Below are positions 41,985-44,579 of a stretch of 44,579 nt of DNA, one piece after another (positions within the stretch are counted from its first letter, which is position 1; every line of letters starts with the position of its first letter). The DNA is from an uncultured Candidatus Saccharibacteria bacterium (lineage in GTDB: Bacteria; Patescibacteriota; Minisyncoccia; Phycocordibacterales; Phycocordibacteraceae), in contig CAYJLK010000006.1 of NCBI GenBank assembly GCA_964371445.1, positions 1 to 44,579 of the forward strand, read 5' to 3'. The notes beneath the pieces are model-generated. The model saw only the letters and a list, made by a program, of their open reading frames with translations. It made no database searches and had not been told where the DNA came from. The position numbers were made by a program, and so were the translations under genes.

Positions 41985-43769
41985 ATGCATGTAGAAAAGA
42001 AAAAGCCGGCGCGCGTCGGGGCAGTGCTCCGCGCGTATAGCTCTGCCGCGTCTGCCTATCCGCGTCTCTTCAGTGCGGTCGTTCTCTCGACGATGACTAT
42101 CGTGGCGGGCGAGATTGCCGCGCCGCTCTATTTGAGGAAGTTCGTCGACGTGCTTGCCGGCGGTACTGCCGTGCCGCATGTCCTTACTACCATCGCCTGG
42201 ATACTGGGGGCATATGCGCTCGTCAATCTCGTCGCGTGGACGGGTCAGCGAGTGCGCATGGTGACCATCGGGCGACTTGAGGCACGCACGATGGCCGATC
42301 TCTACGACAAGGCGTTTACCTATCTTCTCGGGCATGCGCACGAATTTTTCATTTCCAATTTCACCGGCACCTTAACGCGCCGCGTGACGCGCTATGCGCG
42401 TTCCTTCGAATCGGTGTTCGACAACCTCATCATGAATCTCTTCCCGGCGCTCCTCTTTCTCGTCGGCGTGGTGGTGGTCTTGTCGCTTCGCAATATCTGG
42501 CTCGGCGCGGGGTTATTCGTCCTGACTGTTCTCTTTATTTATCTGCAATACCGGATGGTGATGTGGCTCCAGCCGCTACGGACCCGCCGTACTGAAGAAG
42601 ACAGTCGTATGACTGGCGCGCTTTCTGATGCAGTATTGAACCACTCGACGATCACCTCCTTTGCGGCATTGCCGTATGAACGTTCCTACTTCAGCAAAGT
42701 GACGGACGGATGGCGCACCGCGACCCAGAGAGCGATGGATGCCTATGCGTTTATCTATGGCATCCAGGGCGCGTTCGCTCTCTTTATCGAGATTGCCATT
42801 CTCGGCGGGACCGCCTTTCTCTGGACGAAAGGTCTTCTCACTATTGGCGATTTCGTATTGGTGCAAATCTACATCATTGGTCTCTTAAATCAGGTCTGGG
42901 GTATCGGCCGCAATATGCGCCAACTGCACGACTCCTTCACCGAAGCGACCGAGATGCTCGACATTATGGAACTGCCGCATGAGGTGCAGGACGTTGCTGG
43001 CGCGAAACCGCTCTCGGTGCCAAATGGCGCCATTGCCTTTGACCGCGTGCGCTTCGAATATCAGGGTACGCACACCGTACTAGACGGCTTCGACCTTCGT
43101 GTACTGCCGCATGAAAAGATTGCGCTCATTGGCTCGTCGGGGGCGGGGAAGACGACGCTCGCCAAGCTTCTCCTGCGTCTCTACGACGTGAACGGCGGCG
43201 CGATACGCATCGACGGGAAAGATATCGCGCGAGTAACGCAGGAGAGCTTACGGAAGGCGATAGCCTTTGTCCCGCAGGAGCCGATGCTCTTCCACCGCAC
43301 GCTTATGGAGAATATCCGCTACGGCAGGCAGGGAGCTACCGACGACGAGGTCATTGAGGCGGCTCGTCAGGCGCACTGCCACGAGTTTATTGCGCAGTAC
43401 CCGGAAGGGTACGGGACGCTCGTCGGCGAACGTGGCGTGAAGCTCTCGGGTGGCGAGCGCCAGCGAGTCGCTATCGCGCGCGCTATCCTCAAGGATGCAC
43501 CCATCCTTGTGCTCGACGAGGCGACCTCAAGTCTCGACTCAGAGTCGGAACGCCTTATTCAGGAGGCGCTCCTGCGTTTGATGGAAGGGAAGACCGTTAT
43601 TGCTATAGCGCACCGACTCTCCACGGTGATGCACATGGACCGTCTTATTGTGCTTGAAAAGGGATCGGTCATCCTGTCGGGGACGCACAGCGAACTCCTT
43701 GAACAGGAGAGTAATCTCTATAAGAAGCTCTGGGAGATCCAGGCAGGTGGATTCATCAGGGCGGATTAG
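41985..43769 (+). CDS. ABC exporter, fused permease-ATPase (MsbA/type I exporter fold), no C39 peptidase domain
   Basis: 594 aa. Walker A is GSSGAGKTT, the signature is LSGGERQRVAIARA, Walker B is ILVLDEATS and the H-loop is IAHRLST. Confidence 0.95.
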   Translation: MHVEKKKPARVGAVLRAYSSAASAYPRLFSAVVLSTMTIVAGEIAAPLYLRKFVDVLAGGTAVPHVLTTIAWILGAYALVNLVAWTGQRVRMVTIGRLEARTMADLYDKAFTYLLGHAHEFFISNFTGTLTRRVTRYARSFESVFDNLIMNLFPALLFLVGVVVVLSLRNIWLGAGLFVLTVLFIYLQYRMVMWLQPLRTRRTEEDSRMTGALSDAVLNHSTITSFAALPYERSYFSKVTDGWRTATQRAMDAYAFIYGIQGAFALFIEIAILGGTAFLWTKGLLTIGDFVLVQIYIIGLLNQVWGIGRNMRQLHDSFTEATEMLDIMELPHEVQDVAGAKPLSVPNGAIAFDRVRFEYQGTHTVLDGFDLRVLPHEKIALIGSSGAGKTTLAKLLLRLYDVNGGAIRIDGKDIARVTQESLRKAIAFVPQEPMLFHRTLMENIRYGRQGATDDEVIEAARQAHCHEFIAQYPEGYGTLVGERGVKLSGGERQRVAIARAILKDAPILVLDEATSSLDSESERLIQEALLRLMEGKTVIAIAHRLSTVMHMDRLIVLEKGSVILSGTHSELLEQESNLYKKLWEIQAGGFIRAD

Positions 43770-43780
43770 CTTTTCAAATG

Positions 43781-43854
43781 CGCGAGGGACGGGACTTGAA
43801 CCCGCAACCTCCGCCGTGACAGGGCGGCGCTCTAACCAGTTGAGCTACCCCCGC
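43781..43854 (-). tRNA. tRNA-Asp (anticodon GUC)
   Basis: Reverse complement folds as GCGGGGG-TA-GCTC-AACTGGTTA-GAGC-G-CCGCC-CTGTCAC-GGCGG-AGGTT-GCGGG-TTCAAGT-CCCGT-CCCTCGC-G. It is a full cloverleaf with no encoded CCA. Confidence 0.9.
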
Positions 43855-43924
43855 ATTTGCTTGCTTACGCAAGTAATTTCCATCCTACCAAAATCCTCAG
43901 AATTTTGTTAGTGTTCAACGATAA

Positions 43925-43996
43925 GCCGGTGTAGTTCAAGAGTTAGAACGAGGGACTCATAAACCCTAGACGGTGGCGCGACTCCACCCGCCGGCA
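43925..43996 (+). tRNA. tRNA with CAU anticodon (Met or Ile2), atypical D- and T-loops
   Basis: Folds as GCCGGTG-TA-GTTC-AAGAGTTA-GAAC-G-AGGGA-CTCATAA-ACCCT-AGAC-GGTGG-CGCGACT-CCACC-CGCCGGC-A. All four stems pair, apart from an A31/A39 mismatch and one G-U pair. The T-loop is CGCGACT instead of TTCRANN, and the D-loop lacks GG. Confidence 0.65.
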
Positions 43997-44013
43997 CTAC
44001 AGAGAAAGCTTAT

Positions 44014-44367
44014 TTACGCCCGACCGTACCGGTCTTCGAGGCGGTGAATGTCGCTTTCGTCGAAGTCGCCAAAGGCAATTTCTAGAAACGCCGTTCCCTC
44101 CGGACCGCCGGTAATCCGGTGCTCCTCGCCCCGCGTACCGAAGACGGCGTCTCCTTCGTGCACTTCCATATCTTTTCCGTTTACGTGCACGATGCCGGAG
44201 CCCCTGATGATGCGCCAGAACTCGTCGCGGTGTTCGTGTGTCTGCAGGCTGATAGCCCCGCCAGCGTTTACGGTGACAATCTTCACCGTCGTCTTCTCGT
44301 TGAGCGTGAAGCGCTCAAAATCGCCCCACGGGCGAATCTCTTTTTCGTAATGTGCAAGACCTTCCAT
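44014..44367 (-). CDS. Cupin-domain protein (mannose-6-phosphate isomerase type II-like)
   Basis: Contains EIRPWGDFERF...SLQTHEHRDEFWRIIRGSG...GEEHRI, which are the cupin metal motifs. I prefer the ATG at 44367 (MEGLAHY...) over the TTG at 44385 used by the track. Confidence 0.8.
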   Translation of the reverse strand: MEGLAHYEKEIRPWGDFERFTLNEKTTVKIVTVNAGGAISLQTHEHRDEFWRIIRGSGIVHVNGKDMEVHEGDAVFGTRGEEHRITGGPEGTAFLEIAFGDFDESDIHRLEDRYGRA

Positions 44368-44389
44368 GAGGGAAGTATATATCAAAAAA

Positions 44390-44418
44390 TTGAAAGAATA
44401 GAGGAATTCGGCTAGTAT
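44390..44418 (+). promoter_or_regulatory. Near-consensus sigma70-type promoter upstream of tRNA-Thr
   Basis: TTGAAA (44390-44395), a 17-nt spacer, then TAGTAT (44413-44418). The tRNA starts ~85 nt downstream. Confidence 0.5.
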
Positions 44419-44505
44419 GCGGGGGTGCGGTAAGCCGAGATAAGTAAGCTTGTCTCGGCGGCATTCGGAGAAAATAAAAGAGGACTTTCATTTTGCCCCT
44501 CATTT

Positions 44506-44578
44506 GCCGAGATAGCTCAGTTGGTAGAGCACGTCCATGGTAAGGACGAGGTCGTCGGTTCAATCCCGACTCTCGGCT
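44506..44578 (+). tRNA. tRNA-Thr (anticodon GGU)
   Basis: Folds as GCCGAGA-TA-GCTC-AGTTGGTA-GAGC-A-CGTCC-ATGGTAA-GGACG-AGGTC-GTCGG-TTCAATC-CCGAC-TCTCGGC-T. This is a canonical cloverleaf. The window ends 1 nt later. Confidence 0.9.
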
Positions 44579-44579
44579 C

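Noticed and set aside
43648-43911. 87-aa plus-strand ORF spanning the ABC gene's end and beyond.
   Set aside because: It overlaps the ABC exporter C-terminus out of frame and runs straight through the tRNA-Asp gene (43781-43854).

Overview
This is a 44.6-kb bacterial window. All calls come from reading the ORF track and the raw sequence by eye; no searches were run, so family names are motif-level recognitions. There are five blocks.

(1) 1 to ~15.1 kb is an AT-richer integrative element whose left end lies off-window. It carries a truncated tyrosine integrase, an excisionase-type HTH, a P-loop replication-type protein and two iteron-like repeat patches. Its cargo looks like defence: a type III-like R-M pair in res->mod order, an ArdC-N-like/SymE-like operon, and a Rad50/RloC-like ABC ATPase with a CPVC zinc hook. 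The right border coincides with a 27-nt copy of an initiator tRNA-fMet 3' end plus its terminator.

(2) 15.0-20.3 kb holds a cluster of tRNA 3'-end fragments, then a GT4 glycosyltransferase, a SemiSWEET-like protein and a P-type ATPase.

(3) 20.3-32.3 kb is GC-rich housekeeping: a secreted hydrolase-like protein, a small metallopeptidase and a shikimate-dehydrogenase-family protein. It also holds an operon of glycerate 2-kinase, PEP synthase, enolase and D-2-hydroxyacid dehydrogenase, followed by homospermidine synthase, DoxX and a LOG/TIGR00725-like protein.

(4) 32.4-43.8 kb is the most interesting region, a divergent RiPP-like cluster. One arm has an RRE-SagB-YcaO fusion protein, a Shine-Dalgarno-driven 29-codon Cys/Ser-rich micro-ORF (absent from the ORF track), a strong hairpin and an HExxH protein. 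The other arm is a tight six-gene operon: aminotransferase, PaaK-type ligase, ThiF/E1-like protein, tandem nitroreductase, orphan histidine kinase and ABC exporter.

(5) 43.8-44.6 kb carries tRNA-Asp(GUC), an atypical tRNA(CAU), a cupin and tRNA-Thr(GGU).

No rRNA, CRISPR array or transposase was seen.
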